A DNA stretch of 64,000 nucleotides from Polyangia bacterium (GCA_030427835.1 JAUICN010000003.1:100965-164964); one strand, 5' to 3'. Positions 17,670 through 27,875 are shown, numbered from the stretch's first letter. Translations and numbers: made by a program. The notes: generated by a model from the sequence alone, not told the origin.

Positions 17670-18362
17670 ATGTACTCCATCCGTCTACTGGTCCTTGTAC
17701 CCTTGCTTTCCATGGGCATAGTCTCCTGCAAAGGACGTTCGGAACCCCCCAAAGATTCAGTTCCCCCGACCCCAACTGCAGCAAGCCCGGAAACATCAAA
17801 CCACGCCGTGGCCCCCTCCAAACCGGGGGTCACGGCGCCACCGCAGGTCCTTCAGACCGTATCCACCCGGGGGGTGCTTCGCAGCGGGCCACAAAAGGAA
17901 GGCGACCGATGGGTGTTCGCCATTGCCCATGAAGACATCCCTGACTTCAAGGACTCCCACGGAAAGGTCGTTGGCATGCCCGCCATGGTCATGCGATTTT
18001 CCGCTCCTGAAAACGCCATATTCCATGATCAGGGCAAGGACAAACCAGTCGCCGATCTAAAAGAGGGGGATCATGTCGTGTTCGATTTCGAAGTTCTCTG
18101 GGACCAACGCCCCCAGCTTCGCATCGTCAAAATGATCAAGCTCACGGGAAACCCTGACTCGCCAATGGGATCCCTGTTGGCTCCGCTCGGCACCCAGGCC
18201 CATGGAACCCCACGTGCCGTTGGCGTTGGCATCGGCCGTGCCTTCGGCGACGGCAATGGAGCACAGGACAGGGCCAAGAAGCCAACTCCAGCCGATCAGG
18301 ATCCCGTCGACCATGATCACGGTGGCCACGACCACGGTGTTCACGAACACAAAGGCCACTAG
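17670..18362 (+). CDS. CusF-like metal-binding lipoprotein with His-rich C-terminal tail
   Basis: Lipobox MYSIRLLVLVPLLSMGIVSC. CusF-like core HEDIPDF...GMPAMVMRF...LKEGDHVVFDFEV. Tail DHDHGGHDHGVHEHKGH. Confidence 0.7.
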   Translation: MYSIRLLVLVPLLSMGIVSCKGRSEPPKDSVPPTPTAASPETSNHAVAPSKPGVTAPPQVLQTVSTRGVLRSGPQKEGDRWVFAIAHEDIPDFKDSHGKVVGMPAMVMRFSAPENAIFHDQGKDKPVADLKEGDHVVFDFEVLWDQRPQLRIVKMIKLTGNPDSPMGSLLAPLGTQAHGTPRAVGVGIGRAFGDGNGAQDRAKKPTPADQDPVDHDHGGHDHGVHEHKGH

Positions 18363-18370
18363 ACCCGCCA

Positions 18371-19336
18371 TCAGCGACCTGTGGCGTGCACGATCCTAGG
18401 AATGCGTGCGAGGTCGTGGTGTACCTGGACCTTGGTCCATAGGGGTTGGGCTTCCATCAACGTACGGACGTGATCCCATTGCCCCACCCCAATCTCCATG
18501 AAGAGTTCTCCGCCTGGCCGAAGGTGGTTCGCCGCCTCCGACAGCAATCGGACAATCACCTCCAATCCCCGATCCCCGGCAAACACCGCCATGGAAGGTT
18601 CGTGCTCTGTAATTTCGGGAGCGAGCGTTTTCCTGCCTTCAAGTGGCACATAGGGAGGATTCGCCATCACGAAATCAAAAGGGCTATCACCCGCCTCCAG
18701 GGCCTGAAAAAGATCTCCCTGCCGTGCACTCCACCGCCCTTCGTCGGAAATCCATTGGGTCGCGTTTTGTTTTGCGATTTCAAGTGCGGAAGCGGAGAGA
18801 TCCGTCAAGCACATCTGCGCCTGGGGAAGAACACAGGCGACCGTGACTCCCACAGCGCCACTGCCCGTACACAAATCAAGGCCACGCAGGGGTACGTCTG
18901 GGAACTTTTCGTACCGCTGTTGGACCAACTCCACCAGTAGTTCGGTCTCAGGGCGGGGCACCAAAACGTCAGAGGTGACCTGAAACCGCCGGCCGAAGAA
19001 CTCCCGGTAGCCGAGGATGTAGGCCACGGGCTCTCGCTTCCGACGCCGCTCCACGAGTCCACGTATCCGCGCAAGCTCGTCCGAGTTCAGGGGCCGATCC
19101 AGCTCCATGTACAGACGCACGCGATCCATACCCAAGGCGTGGGAAATCAGCAGCTCTGCATCCAACCGGGGGGTTCCTATGCCCCGTTTTGCAAAGTCCT
19201 TGCTTGTCCAGCCAAGCAAGTCCCGAAGGATCCAGGTGCGCCCTCCCCCTCCGACCCCCGCCGCTGTTGCTGGGTTGGATGTGGGCGAAGGTGTCGATCC
19301 CTGCGCCGGACTTGACGCCGCGTGACCCCGTTCCAT
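18371..19336 (-). CDS. prmC: peptide chain release factor N5-glutamine methyltransferase
   Basis: SAM motif LDLCTGSGAVG and catalytic NPPYVP. The start may be internal because the N-terminal 40 aa are low complexity. Confidence 0.85.
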   Translation of the reverse strand: MERGHAASSPAQGSTPSPTSNPATAAGVGGGGRTWILRDLLGWTSKDFAKRGIGTPRLDAELLISHALGMDRVRLYMELDRPLNSDELARIRGLVERRRKREPVAYILGYREFFGRRFQVTSDVLVPRPETELLVELVQQRYEKFPDVPLRGLDLCTGSGAVGVTVACVLPQAQMCLTDLSASALEIAKQNATQWISDEGRWSARQGDLFQALEAGDSPFDFVMANPPYVPLEGRKTLAPEITEHEPSMAVFAGDRGLEVIVRLLSEAANHLRPGGELFMEIGVGQWDHVRTLMEAQPLWTKVQVHHDLARIPRIVHATGR

Positions 19337-19345
19337 CGTAGCCTT

Positions 19346-19762
19346 ATGTCATTTGCGGTGCTGCTCGTCGATCACGGAAGTCGCCACAGGGATGCCAACC
19401 AGGCAGTGCACCAGGTGGCGCGCCTGATGTCGCGCCCCCAAAGCGACACAACGAGTCCACCCACCCGGGTCACCGCCGCCCATATGGAACTGGCGAATCC
19501 CGATATCCGGGAGGGCCTTCAGCAACACAAACAGACCGGCGTAGACCACGTGGTTGTGGTGCCCTTCATGTTGGCTCCAGGCCGCCACGCTTCCCAGGAC
19601 ATCCCTCGCATGTCCCGGGCCCTGGGTCTGGAACTCGGCCTAAAGATCACGGTGACGGAACCCCTAGGTCCCGACGCGTTGCTAGGAGAGCTGGCCCACA
19701 AACGGGTCATGGAGTCCCTGACAAAAGACCCTTCCCCGGACAGACCAGCAAGTGGTTCCTAA
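19346..19762 (+). CDS. cbiX: sirohydrochlorin chelatase, short CbiX type
   Basis: AVLLVDHGSRHRDAN...VVVVPFMLAPGRHASQDIP. ATG 19346 is preferred over track GTG 19322, which overlaps the prmC start. Confidence 0.75.
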   Translation: MSFAVLLVDHGSRHRDANQAVHQVARLMSRPQSDTTSPPTRVTAAHMELANPDIREGLQQHKQTGVDHVVVVPFMLAPGRHASQDIPRMSRALGLELGLKITVTEPLGPDALLGELAHKRVMESLTKDPSPDRPASGS

Positions 19763-19778
19763 ATCGGCAGTTCGAGGT

Positions 19779-20693
19779 CTAGCGTGCGCGAACCATCCGC
19801 TGCTTGGGCATGGCCGCAGGCCCAAGCAGGGTGCGTGCAAGCTGGGACAACCGTGGGTCCACTCCCCGGGCCAAAAAGCTCGCGACCATGTTGGGTTCCA
19901 GTCGATGCAGACGGGTCATGGCCGTCTTGGCAAGGCCGCGATTCTTCGTGGCATAAAAAGTGTAGACCTGGGCACGATAAAGCATGGCCCGAGCATCCCC
20001 AAAGGAAGCATCCGAGGGATCAAACGTCTCAAGTAGTTTTCTCGCTTCGTCCGCTTTCCCAGTTCGAGCAAACGTCTCCGCAACCACCGCCGCATAGAGC
20101 CCCTTGGCCTGGGCCTGGGGCTGTCTGTCCAACCGAATATCGTCCGCCAGGCCCCGCGCATCCTTGATGCGGTTGTGCATGAGATACAACAAAGCAAGGT
20201 TCGCCCGAACATCATCCTGCACAAAGGAGGGAGCCTTTTTCAAATCGATGCCCTCGAGTGTGCGCATGGCCAGTTGCGGGTTGTCCTGGGCCAGCAACTG
20301 GGCCTGCGCCAGGGCGGCCACCGCATCGCCCTTGCCAGCTGTGGCCCGCTCTTGCAGTTCCTGCAGGGCCTTTTCGCGTCCACCGGGTTGCACGGCGCCC
20401 TGCAAAATACGCATGACCCCCTTGGACTTGCGAGCCATTCTCCAGGCGTAAATCCCAAACCCCGCAGCGGCCACGGTGACTGCCCCCACGACTCCAATCC
20501 CCCAGCCATGAATCCAGGGTTGGAGCCCCAGGGCGAGGCCCCAAAGCACCACAAACACGATGGCGATTTGCACCCATACCTTCCAGGGCACACGGGGAGA
20601 ATCCATATCGGAAAGGGCAGATTTGAGGCGATCGTTTCGATCGATGGCATTCGGCATGGGAAGAACCGCTTCTAGTCCCTGGTCAAAGGCCAC
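19779..20693 (-). CDS. membrane protein with TPR-like helical repeats
   Basis: 304 aa. Two hydrophobic segments (VWVQIAIVFVVLWGLALGL; GIGVVGAVTVAAAGFGIYAW) followed by Ala/Leu-rich repeat helices. No enzyme motif. Confidence 0.6.
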   Translation of the reverse strand: MAFDQGLEAVLPMPNAIDRNDRLKSALSDMDSPRVPWKVWVQIAIVFVVLWGLALGLQPWIHGWGIGVVGAVTVAAAGFGIYAWRMARKSKGVMRILQGAVQPGGREKALQELQERATAGKGDAVAALAQAQLLAQDNPQLAMRTLEGIDLKKAPSFVQDDVRANLALLYLMHNRIKDARGLADDIRLDRQPQAQAKGLYAAVVAETFARTGKADEARKLLETFDPSDASFGDARAMLYRAQVYTFYATKNRGLAKTAMTRLHRLEPNMVASFLARGVDPRLSQLARTLLGPAAMPKQRMVRAR

Positions 20694-20830
20694 GCAAGGG
20701 ACGATCGGCCTGTTCCCCTATGGCCAGCACTTGCAGTCCAGGAGAACAAATCCGTCTCCGCAAGAAAAGCGTGGCCATACGTCACACGTCACGGATTGTC
20801 ATCCTTTGCATGGCGTGTTACACAATTCCC

Positions 20831-21082
20831 ATGCGGATTAGCAACAGTTTTTCAGAAGGTGAGATTCAAGTTCTGGAGTTTATGCTTCAGACCCTCCTGC
20901 GGGGCGGTTCACCGGTCATGGCCACAAGGCACACGGATTTTGCATCCCTGTACCGCAAAGTCATGTCCATGAAGACCCGTTTGGAAAAGCAAAAGCCGGG
21001 CGCAGTTTCTTCTGTGGGCACGATCGCATCGCCCCTGGAAGAACTGAACGATGGGCACGACGAAGTCGCCCAGGCCATGTAA
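20831..21082 (+). CDS. small hypothetical protein (83 aa)
   Basis: ATG 20831 (MRISNSFSEGEIQVLEFMLQTLLRGG...) within track ORF 20720-21082. Intergenic position and no homology recognised. Confidence 0.3.
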   Translation: MRISNSFSEGEIQVLEFMLQTLLRGGSPVMATRHTDFASLYRKVMSMKTRLEKQKPGAVSSVGTIASPLEELNDGHDEVAQAM

Positions 21083-21170
21083 CGTAGTAGGCCATGTAGC
21101 GAACGTGGTGCACCCGATCGGCATGTCCCATGCCACCGGCGTAAATCGGTGCTAGCCACAACCCCACGAG

Positions 21171-22520
21171 ATGCCCAACATTCACGACCCGGCCACACGC
21201 GAGGGCGCTTCCCCGCGCCCTGGATCTCCTCCTCTCACTGTTTTGAGGGGAGCGCGGGTGATCGATCCGGCCCGTTCCGTTGACAGGGTTCAGGACCTAT
21301 GGATCGAACACGGGCGAATTCTCGGAGCTCCCCAACAGGGGCAAGTTCCAGAGTCTGCAGAGATCATGGACCTCACGGGCCACTGGATCACGCCCGGGTT
21401 TATCGATCTCCACACCCACCTGAGGGAGCCGGGGCAGGAATACAAAGAAGACATTGCCTCAGGCCTACGTGCTGCTGCCGCGGGCGGGTTCACCACGATC
21501 TGCACCATGGCCAACACACGGCCCGTCAACGACAACAAAAGCATCACGCTCGCCATGAAGGAGCGCGCACGGGAAGTGGGCGGCACCCGGATGATTCCCT
21601 TTGGTGCCATTACCCGTGGCCTACGTGGGGAGGAGCTTGCCGATATGGGAGAACTCCGCGAAGCCGGCGTTCCAGCCATCAGCGATGACGGGCGTTGCGT
21701 CACCGACAGCGCGCTCATGCTTCGCGCCCTCGAATACGCGAGCAACTTTGACATGCTCGTCATTCAGCATTGCGAAGATCACTGCCTCACCCAGGGTGCC
21801 CAGATGCATGACGGCCCCACCGCCCACCGGCTTGGATTGCGTGGTTGGCCCCGCGAGGCCGAGGACATCATCGTCGCCCGGGACATCATTCTCGCAGGAC
21901 GTACCCGATCCCGGTACCACGTGGCCCATATCTCTTCCAAGGGTTCCCTTCCCTGGATCAAGGAAGCGAAGGATCGAGGTTTGCGGGTGACCGCCGAGGT
22001 CACGCCCCACCACCTGGCCCTCACCGACGCCGCGGTCGTCGGTTACAACACCTTCTGCAAGGTCAATCCCCCGTTGAGAGAAGAGCAAGACCGTGCCGCG
22101 CTCGTGCAGGCCCTGCAGGATGGAACCATTGATTGCATTGCCACCGACCATGCGCCCCACAGCTCCATGGAAAAGGAATGCGAGTTTGAACAGGCGTCCG
22201 TGGGCATCAATGGGCTAGAAACGGCCCTGGGAACCCTGCTGGCACTCGTTCGAAACGGGGAGCTTTCTGCCACACGGCTTGTGGAAGCACTCACCACTTC
22301 GGCGGCCCGGTGCTTACCCGACCTGCCGGCCCCTTCCCTTGCCGATGGCGCCCCCGCCGATCTGACGGTGATCGCGCCTGATCTGGAATGGTCTCCCACC
22401 AAAAACACCTTGCGGTCCCGCAGCCACAACACCCCCTGGCTCGACCAGAGATTGCGTGGGGTGGTAACCCGCACCATGGTAGGCGGAAACTGGGCCCACA
22501 TTCGACCCGATCATGACTAA
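21171..22520 (+). CDS. pyrC: dihydroorotase
   Basis: 449 aa. Motifs FIDLHTHLREPG, HVAHISS and IATDHAPH. Confidence 0.9.
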   Translation: MPNIHDPATREGASPRPGSPPLTVLRGARVIDPARSVDRVQDLWIEHGRILGAPQQGQVPESAEIMDLTGHWITPGFIDLHTHLREPGQEYKEDIASGLRAAAAGGFTTICTMANTRPVNDNKSITLAMKERAREVGGTRMIPFGAITRGLRGEELADMGELREAGVPAISDDGRCVTDSALMLRALEYASNFDMLVIQHCEDHCLTQGAQMHDGPTAHRLGLRGWPREAEDIIVARDIILAGRTRSRYHVAHISSKGSLPWIKEAKDRGLRVTAEVTPHHLALTDAAVVGYNTFCKVNPPLREEQDRAALVQALQDGTIDCIATDHAPHSSMEKECEFEQASVGINGLETALGTLLALVRNGELSATRLVEALTTSAARCLPDLPAPSLADGAPADLTVIAPDLEWSPTKNTLRSRSHNTPWLDQRLRGVVTRTMVGGNWAHIRPDHD

Positions 22521-23715
22521 CTCTTCAGTATCAAACCTAGACCAACCCCCCGCCCATCCACCCACCCCCGGATGGATTGCCCTTGCAGACGGTACCCGTT
22601 TCCCCGGGACGCTTTTCGGCGCCCTGAACCCTTCAATCCTGGAAGCCGGCGGTGTTCAGAGTGTCGGCGAGGCGGTCTTCACCACAGGTATGACGGGTTA
22701 TCAGGAAGTGCTCACCGACCCTTCCTACTGCGACCAAATCGTCACCATGACCGCGCCGCAAATCGGCAACACAGGGATCAACGGAGTGGACAACGAGGCG
22801 TCCCGTTCCCACGTGTCAGGTTTCGTACTTACGGAGCCCTCTCCCAGGGTGAGCCACTGGCAAAGCGATCAATCCCTACACAGTTACTTGGTCAACCAGG
22901 GTGTGGCGGCCATCGGCGGCGTGGATACCCGCGCGCTCACGCTTCATATTCGCACCCATGGCGCCCAAATGGCCGTGCTAGGCACCGGTGATTTCGATAC
23001 CTTGGTCGACCATGCCCGCGGGGCCCCTTCCATGGAGGGGCGTGACCTTACGGGGAAAGTCACCTGCAAGGAGGTCCACGCCTGGGCCGAGGGGACCCAG
23101 GGGTGGTGGGATGGTGTGGATGCCATCAAAGGCCTGCAAGGCGCACAACCCCACGTCGTCGTGATCGACTTTGGCATCAAACAAAACATCCTACGGCGCC
23201 TTGTGGATCACGGGTGCAGGGTCACGGTGGTTCCATCCACCACGTCCTCGGCGGATATCCTCGCCCACCGTCCTGATGGGGTTTTTCTGTCCAACGGGCC
23301 CGGAGATCCGGCGGCGGTATCCCAGGGCGTAAAAACCGTACAGGAGCTTCTCGGCAAGCAACCTCTCTTTGGCATTTGCCTGGGGCACCAGCTTCTCTGC
23401 CTCGCCCTGGGCGCCCAGACTTCAAAACTCAAATTTGGCCACCGAGGGATCAACCAGCCCGTACGGGATGAGGCCACCGGTCGCATCGAAGTCACCAGCC
23501 AGAACCACGGGTTTGTGGTGGATGTGCCCTCCCTACCGAGCGGGGTGCAGATGACCCATGTCCACCTCAATGACGGAACCTGCGAAGGGATTGCCCATCC
23601 CGAAAGCCAGGCCTTCAGCGTGCAGTACCACCCAGAATCCAGCGCTGGCCCCCACGACTCCGGGTACCTGTTCCAGCGATTCGTGGACGCGATGACAGGC
23701 CAATCCGTGAAGTAG
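22513..23715 (+). CDS. carA: carbamoyl-phosphate synthase small (glutaminase) subunit
   Basis: 400 aa. [17 protein letters not shown], GATase nucleophile [10 protein letters not shown] and SVQYHPE. It overlaps pyrC by 8 nt. No carB is adjacent. Confidence 0.92.
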   Translation: MTNSSVSNLDQPPAHPPTPGWIALADGTRFPGTLFGALNPSILEAGGVQSVGEAVFTTGMTGYQEVLTDPSYCDQIVTMTAPQIGNTGINGVDNEASRSHVSGFVLTEPSPRVSHWQSDQSLHSYLVNQGVAAIGGVDTRALTLHIRTHGAQMAVLGTGDFDTLVDHARGAPSMEGRDLTGKVTCKEVHAWAEGTQGWWDGVDAIKGLQGAQPHVVVIDFGIKQNILRRLVDHGCRVTVVPSTTSSADILAHRPDGVFLSNGPGDPAAVSQGVKTVQELLGKQPLFGICLGHQLLCLALGAQTSKLKFGHRGINQPVRDEATGRIEVTSQNHGFVVDVPSLPSGVQMTHVHLNDGTCEGIAHPESQAFSVQYHPESSAGPHDSGYLFQRFVDAMTGQSVK

Positions 23716-23761
23716 GCGTTCCGGTCTTGCGGGAAATCCAAAAGCACGTTACGCAGTTTCC

Positions 23762-24472
23762 ATGGACAAACGCGTGCCATCCGCAGCGGACGCTGTGGCA
23801 GACATTCCCGACGGAGCCACCATTGCCGCCGGCGGCTTTGGGTTGTGCGGCATACCAGAATGCAGCATTGCGGCCCTAAGAGACCGAGGGGTTCGAGACC
23901 TCACCATCTATTCCAACAACTGTGGAGTGGACGACTTTGGCCTGGGGCTGCTGTTGCAGACCAAACAGATCCGAAAAATGGTCTCGAGCTACGTGGGTGA
24001 AAATGCGGAGTTCGAACGCCAGTACCTGAGCAAAGAACTTGAGGTGGACCTCGTCCCCCAGGGAACCCTGGCAGAACGGCTTCGGGCAGGGGGGGCCGGC
24101 ATTCCCGCGTTCTACACACCCGCAGGCGCCGGTACCGCCGTCTCCGACGGCAAGGAGCTCCGTGATTTCGACGGCCGCCCCCACGTACTGGAACAGGGAA
24201 TCCGCACAGATTTTGCCCTCGTAAAAGCGCACATGGGTGACCCCCACGGTAACCTTGTGTTTCGCCAAACCGCGCGGAACTTCAATCCCCTCTGTGCCAT
24301 GGCCGCGCGGGTGACCATCGCAGAGGTGGAACATATGGTGGGGGTGGGCGAGTTGGATCCGGATCGCATCCACACACCGGGGATATTTGTACAGCGGGTC
24401 TTTCAGGGCCAACACGAAAAACGCATCGAACGGAGGACGGTCGTCACCGCCTCCCAAGGGAGTGCCGGATGA
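23762..24472 (+). CDS. scoA: 3-oxoacid CoA-transferase subunit A
   Basis: 236 aa. Motifs [10 protein letters not shown] and [14 protein letters not shown]. Confidence 0.88.
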   Translation: MDKRVPSAADAVADIPDGATIAAGGFGLCGIPECSIAALRDRGVRDLTIYSNNCGVDDFGLGLLLQTKQIRKMVSSYVGENAEFERQYLSKELEVDLVPQGTLAERLRAGGAGIPAFYTPAGAGTAVSDGKELRDFDGRPHVLEQGIRTDFALVKAHMGDPHGNLVFRQTARNFNPLCAMAARVTIAEVEHMVGVGELDPDRIHTPGIFVQRVFQGQHEKRIERRTVVTASQGSAG

Positions 24473-25143
24473 CACAGTCCCCCCGCAAACTGTCACGGGA
24501 TCAAGTCGCAAAACGTGCCTCCCAGGAAATCCAAAATGGCAACTACGTCAATCTGGGCATTGGCATGCCCACCCTGGTGGCCAACCACATTCCTGCCGAT
24601 GTTTCAGTCATGCTGCACAGTGAAAATGGTCTTCTTGGAATGGGGCCCTTTCCCCTGGAGGGCAACGAAGATGCCGACCTTATCAACGCAGGCAAACAGA
24701 CGGTAACGGCGGTCCCCGGTGCGGCCACGTTTGATAGTGCAACATCATTTGCCATGATCCGCGGCGGCCACATCGACGTGGCCATCCTGGGCGCCATGGA
24801 GGTCTCCCAGTGTGGGGACCTGGCCAACTGGATGATTCCAGGAAAGATGGTGAAGGGCATGGGCGGTGCCATGGACCTGGTGGCAGGTGCGAAACGGGTC
24901 ATCGTGATTACCGATCATGTCTCCAAGAATGGTACCCCAAAGATTCTGGCACAATGCACACTGCCGTTGACCGGCCAACGGGTCGTGCATCGCATCGTTA
25001 CGGATTTGGCGGTCATGGACGTGGAATCCGAAGGCCTTGTGCTCCGTGAAGTGGTTGCGGGCACAAGTGCTTCAGAAATCCAAGAACAAACGGGAGCTTC
25101 CCTATTGGTCGCCTCGGACCTCAAAGAAATCCCATTGGACTGA
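24469..25143 (+). CDS. scoB: 3-oxoacid CoA-transferase subunit B
   Basis: 224 aa. [12 protein letters not shown] (catalytic Glu in SENG). ATGA overlap with scoA. Confidence 0.88.
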   Translation: MTQSPRKLSRDQVAKRASQEIQNGNYVNLGIGMPTLVANHIPADVSVMLHSENGLLGMGPFPLEGNEDADLINAGKQTVTAVPGAATFDSATSFAMIRGGHIDVAILGAMEVSQCGDLANWMIPGKMVKGMGGAMDLVAGAKRVIVITDHVSKNGTPKILAQCTLPLTGQRVVHRIVTDLAVMDVESEGLVLREVVAGTSASEIQEQTGASLLVASDLKEIPLD

Positions 25144-25207
25144 CGTCATTTTCAGCACTTCCATTGCCATATCCAGTAGACACTTACCCGGGCAACTACC
25201 CCATTCC

Positions 25208-26098
25208 ATGAGAGACCCTCAAAAGAGCAGCGTTGAAGTGCAACGTGGGGCCCATGGCCTTTGGAGTTTTGCCTTGCTGGGGATCGCTTGGACGTTCGCA
25301 TCACCCGTCCACGGCGTCGCGGCACAGGTGCAGCCGGCCGCGTCCGGGATTCATGGCCTCACACCGCCCCCGGCCAGGGCGGGTGCCAGGCCGGTACCTT
25401 CGCCGTGGTCACCTCCCAGTGCGGCCTCGGATCCCGTCGCCCCGTTACCTGACCCTTCCCTGGCAAATGCGGCCCCTTCTCCTCCCGCTGCCTATCAAAA
25501 TGGAAACCCGCAACCCGCTGGAGAAGTCAACGGTAGGGGACTTCCCGTACATATGGCGACGCGCCTTCGTGTTCTGGATAACGACTTTCAGTTGCTGGCG
25601 CGCAATGGAACCAGCGGCACCGTCAACGGAGTCCTCTCTGTGGTCAGCGGCGGCCTTTCCATCACCCTAGGGCTGGTGGTAGACGACCCCATCATTTCTC
25701 CATACCTGTATGTCTTCGGAGGTTCCAGCGTTGCTCGAGGCATTGCCGAAATCGCGCTTTCCCCCGATCCATCAAAATCCGCCATCGCGTTTGTTCACAT
25801 GCCGTCCGAAAATCTCGCCCAGGCGCAGCGGCGGTTGAAGTTTGGTGAACTGGAGCTGGAGCATCTTGCCAAACTGGGAAGGTGGGCACGGTTTATGGAT
25901 GGAACCATTAGCCTGGGTACGGCCGTGGCCATTGTGCCCGCCTACCTTGGCCCCAACGACTACCAAATCGACACGTTCGGTGCGTTCATGCTGATTGCGG
26001 CAGGCATTTCCGCAGTGACCGGGCTGCTCGAGTTCGTCACCTCAAGCGAGGCCGAGCGAAGATGGAAAGCCTATTCCCAACTTCGCTCAAACCTGTGA
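25208..26098 (+). CDS. hypothetical secreted/membrane protein (296 aa)
   Basis: ATG 25208. Signal-like LWSFALLGIAWTFASPVHG, a Pro-rich linker, then hydrophobic segments (VLSVVSGGLSITLGLVV; LGTAVAIVPAYL; FGAFMLIAAGISAVTGLL). The stop is 10 nt before apbE. Confidence 0.55.
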   Translation: MRDPQKSSVEVQRGAHGLWSFALLGIAWTFASPVHGVAAQVQPAASGIHGLTPPPARAGARPVPSPWSPPSAASDPVAPLPDPSLANAAPSPPAAYQNGNPQPAGEVNGRGLPVHMATRLRVLDNDFQLLARNGTSGTVNGVLSVVSGGLSITLGLVVDDPIISPYLYVFGGSSVARGIAEIALSPDPSKSAIAFVHMPSENLAQAQRRLKFGELELEHLAKLGRWARFMDGTISLGTAVAIVPAYLGPNDYQIDTFGAFMLIAAGISAVTGLLEFVTSSEAERRWKAYSQLRSNL

Positions 26099-26108
26099 GC
26101 AAGCACCC

Positions 26109-27200
26109 GTGAATCGAACTCACCTGTTTGCCAAGTATGGAACGCGGGCACCCATAGCTACGGTAGCCCTGGTGCTTATCGCCGCATGTTCCTGTACAAA
26201 AACAAAACCGTCTCCCCCACGGGCAAGCCCCACGGTACCCGAGCCGCCCGTGGAGACCACGCGGCCCCAGGAAGTTCAGATGTCGAGACGACTGATGGGC
26301 ACCGTGTTTCAAATCACCGCCTACACCAGAAACCCGGCAAAAGACCGGCGTTCCATGTCACTCGCCCTGGACGAAATGGAGCGTCTGGAGGCCCTGCTAT
26401 CGGAGTGGCAGCCCACAAGTGAAATCTCTCGCATCAATCAGCGCGCGGGAAACTCCCCCGTCACGGTAAGCAATGAAACCATGAACGTGGTGCAGGCGGG
26501 CTTACTTGTGTCGAAAAGAAGCCAGGGTGCCTTCGATATTACCTGGGCGGCACTGCATGGTGTCTACAGATTCACCAAGGGAAACTTTCGCAGGCCTTCT
26601 CCAGGAGAGCTTCAGAGGCTGCTCCCCAACATCGATTATCAACAGGTCAGAATCAACCCGAGTGCAAACACGGTGTTTCTTGGTAAGGCAAAAATGGCCC
26701 TGGGCACCGGTGGGATCGCAAAGGGATACGCACTCGACCGCGCCGCGGCACTCTTGAAAAAAAGAGGACTAGGTAACTTCATGCTCTTTGGCGGAGGGCA
26801 AGTGCAGCTCTCAGGGCGCAGGGCGGATCGGCCCTGGAGAGTCGGGGTTCAACATCCCCGTCAACCGTCCTATTTTGGTTTTCTGGAACTGGAATCAGGG
26901 TCCATCGCAACATCGGGGGACTATGAACACACCTTTGTGGAACCTGACGGTACACGCTGGCACCACATTTTGGACGTCAAAACAGGGTTGCCCGCCCGGG
27001 GCACACTCTCGGCCACCGTGGTCGCGCAACAGGGAATTCTTGCGGACGCCCTATCCACAGCGTGCTTCGTGCTGGGGTCTGCAAAGTGCATTCCCCTAGT
27101 AAAGGAGTTCGACGCGGACGCGTTGGTTGTCGGAGAAGACATGACCTGGGCAGCTACGCCCGCCCTCAAGGAACGATTCACCCAAACAGGATCCCTCTAG
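26109..27200 (+). CDS. apbE: FAD:protein FMN transferase (ApbE family lipoprotein)
   Basis: 363 aa with a GTG start. Lipobox VALVLIAAC. ApbE motifs GGIAKGYALDRAA and IATSGDYEH. Confidence 0.88.
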   Translation: MNRTHLFAKYGTRAPIATVALVLIAACSCTKTKPSPPRASPTVPEPPVETTRPQEVQMSRRLMGTVFQITAYTRNPAKDRRSMSLALDEMERLEALLSEWQPTSEISRINQRAGNSPVTVSNETMNVVQAGLLVSKRSQGAFDITWAALHGVYRFTKGNFRRPSPGELQRLLPNIDYQQVRINPSANTVFLGKAKMALGTGGIAKGYALDRAAALLKKRGLGNFMLFGGGQVQLSGRRADRPWRVGVQHPRQPSYFGFLELESGSIATSGDYEHTFVEPDGTRWHHILDVKTGLPARGTLSATVVAQQGILADALSTACFVLGSAKCIPLVKEFDADALVVGEDMTWAATPALKERFTQTGSL

Positions 27201-27218
27201 AGCACTCCATTCAAGCGG

Positions 27219-27875
27219 CTACGCAAGTATTTCAAGGGCACGGCTTGTACCCAACCGATCCGCGCCCGCGTCAATGAGTGACAGGGCCATTTCCCGTGTT
27301 CGAATCCCTCCGGCGGCCTTCACGCCGACGGAAGCTGGCACCCGGGACCGAATCAATGCCACTTCCTCGACAGTGACTGCAGGCCCGTACACCCCGGTGC
27401 CCGTCTTTAGAAACATCGCGCCTCCCTCCACCGCCAGATCACATGCACGGCACAACTCCTCTCGTGAAAGGAGACCTGATTCCACAATCACCTTCACCGG
27501 GCGCCCCTGGGCCGCACGAACCACAGATTCAATATCCTCCCGGACCACTTTGTGGCTACCGTCCCGCAGGGCACCAAGGTTCATCACCATATCCACCTCG
27601 TCGGCGCCCAATTCGACCACCGCCCCTGTCTCCTGCACCTTGGCTTTGGTATGGGTAGTTCCCAAGGGAAAGCCCACCGTGGCCACCCGCAGCACGGAGG
27701 CGCCAGGCTTTGCCAGCAACGCGCACCGAGAAACCCAATGGGCGCTCACACACACGGCCCGCACATTGCAACGCAGCGCGTCATTCAATAGGGTGTCGAT
27801 CTCCTTCCGAGTGGCTGTGGGTGAAAGGCAGGTGGATTCCAGGTAGTCGCCAAGGTGTATTTCAGTGGAGCGCAT
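27219..27875 (-). CDS. deoC: deoxyribose-phosphate aldolase
   Basis: Motifs LGADEVDMVMN, VKVIVESGLL and FLKTGTG (Schiff-base Lys). ATG 27875 is preferred over track TTG 27899. Confidence 0.85.
   Translation of the reverse strand: MRSTEIHLGDYLESTCLSPTATRKEIDTLLNDALRCNVRAVCVSAHWVSRCALLAKPGASVLRVATVGFPLGTTHTKAKVQETGAVVELGADEVDMVMNLGALRDGSHKVVREDIESVVRAAQGRPVKVIVESGLLSREELCRACDLAVEGGAMFLKTGTGVYGPAVTVEEVALIRSRVPASVGVKAAGGIRTREMALSLIDAGADRLGTSRALEILA

Noticed and set aside
19322-19336. Head-to-head overlap of the prmC and cbiX start codons
   Set aside because: This is most likely an artefact of longest-ORF starts. cbiX has a better ATG at 19346, and the prmC N-terminus is low complexity with possible internal starts.
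25208-26098. NGTSGTV in the ApbE-adjacent protein as a flavinylation site
   Set aside because: The established acceptor motif is Dxx[ST]GA[ST]. This segment lacks the Ala and the upstream Asp, so I do not claim it as a substrate site.
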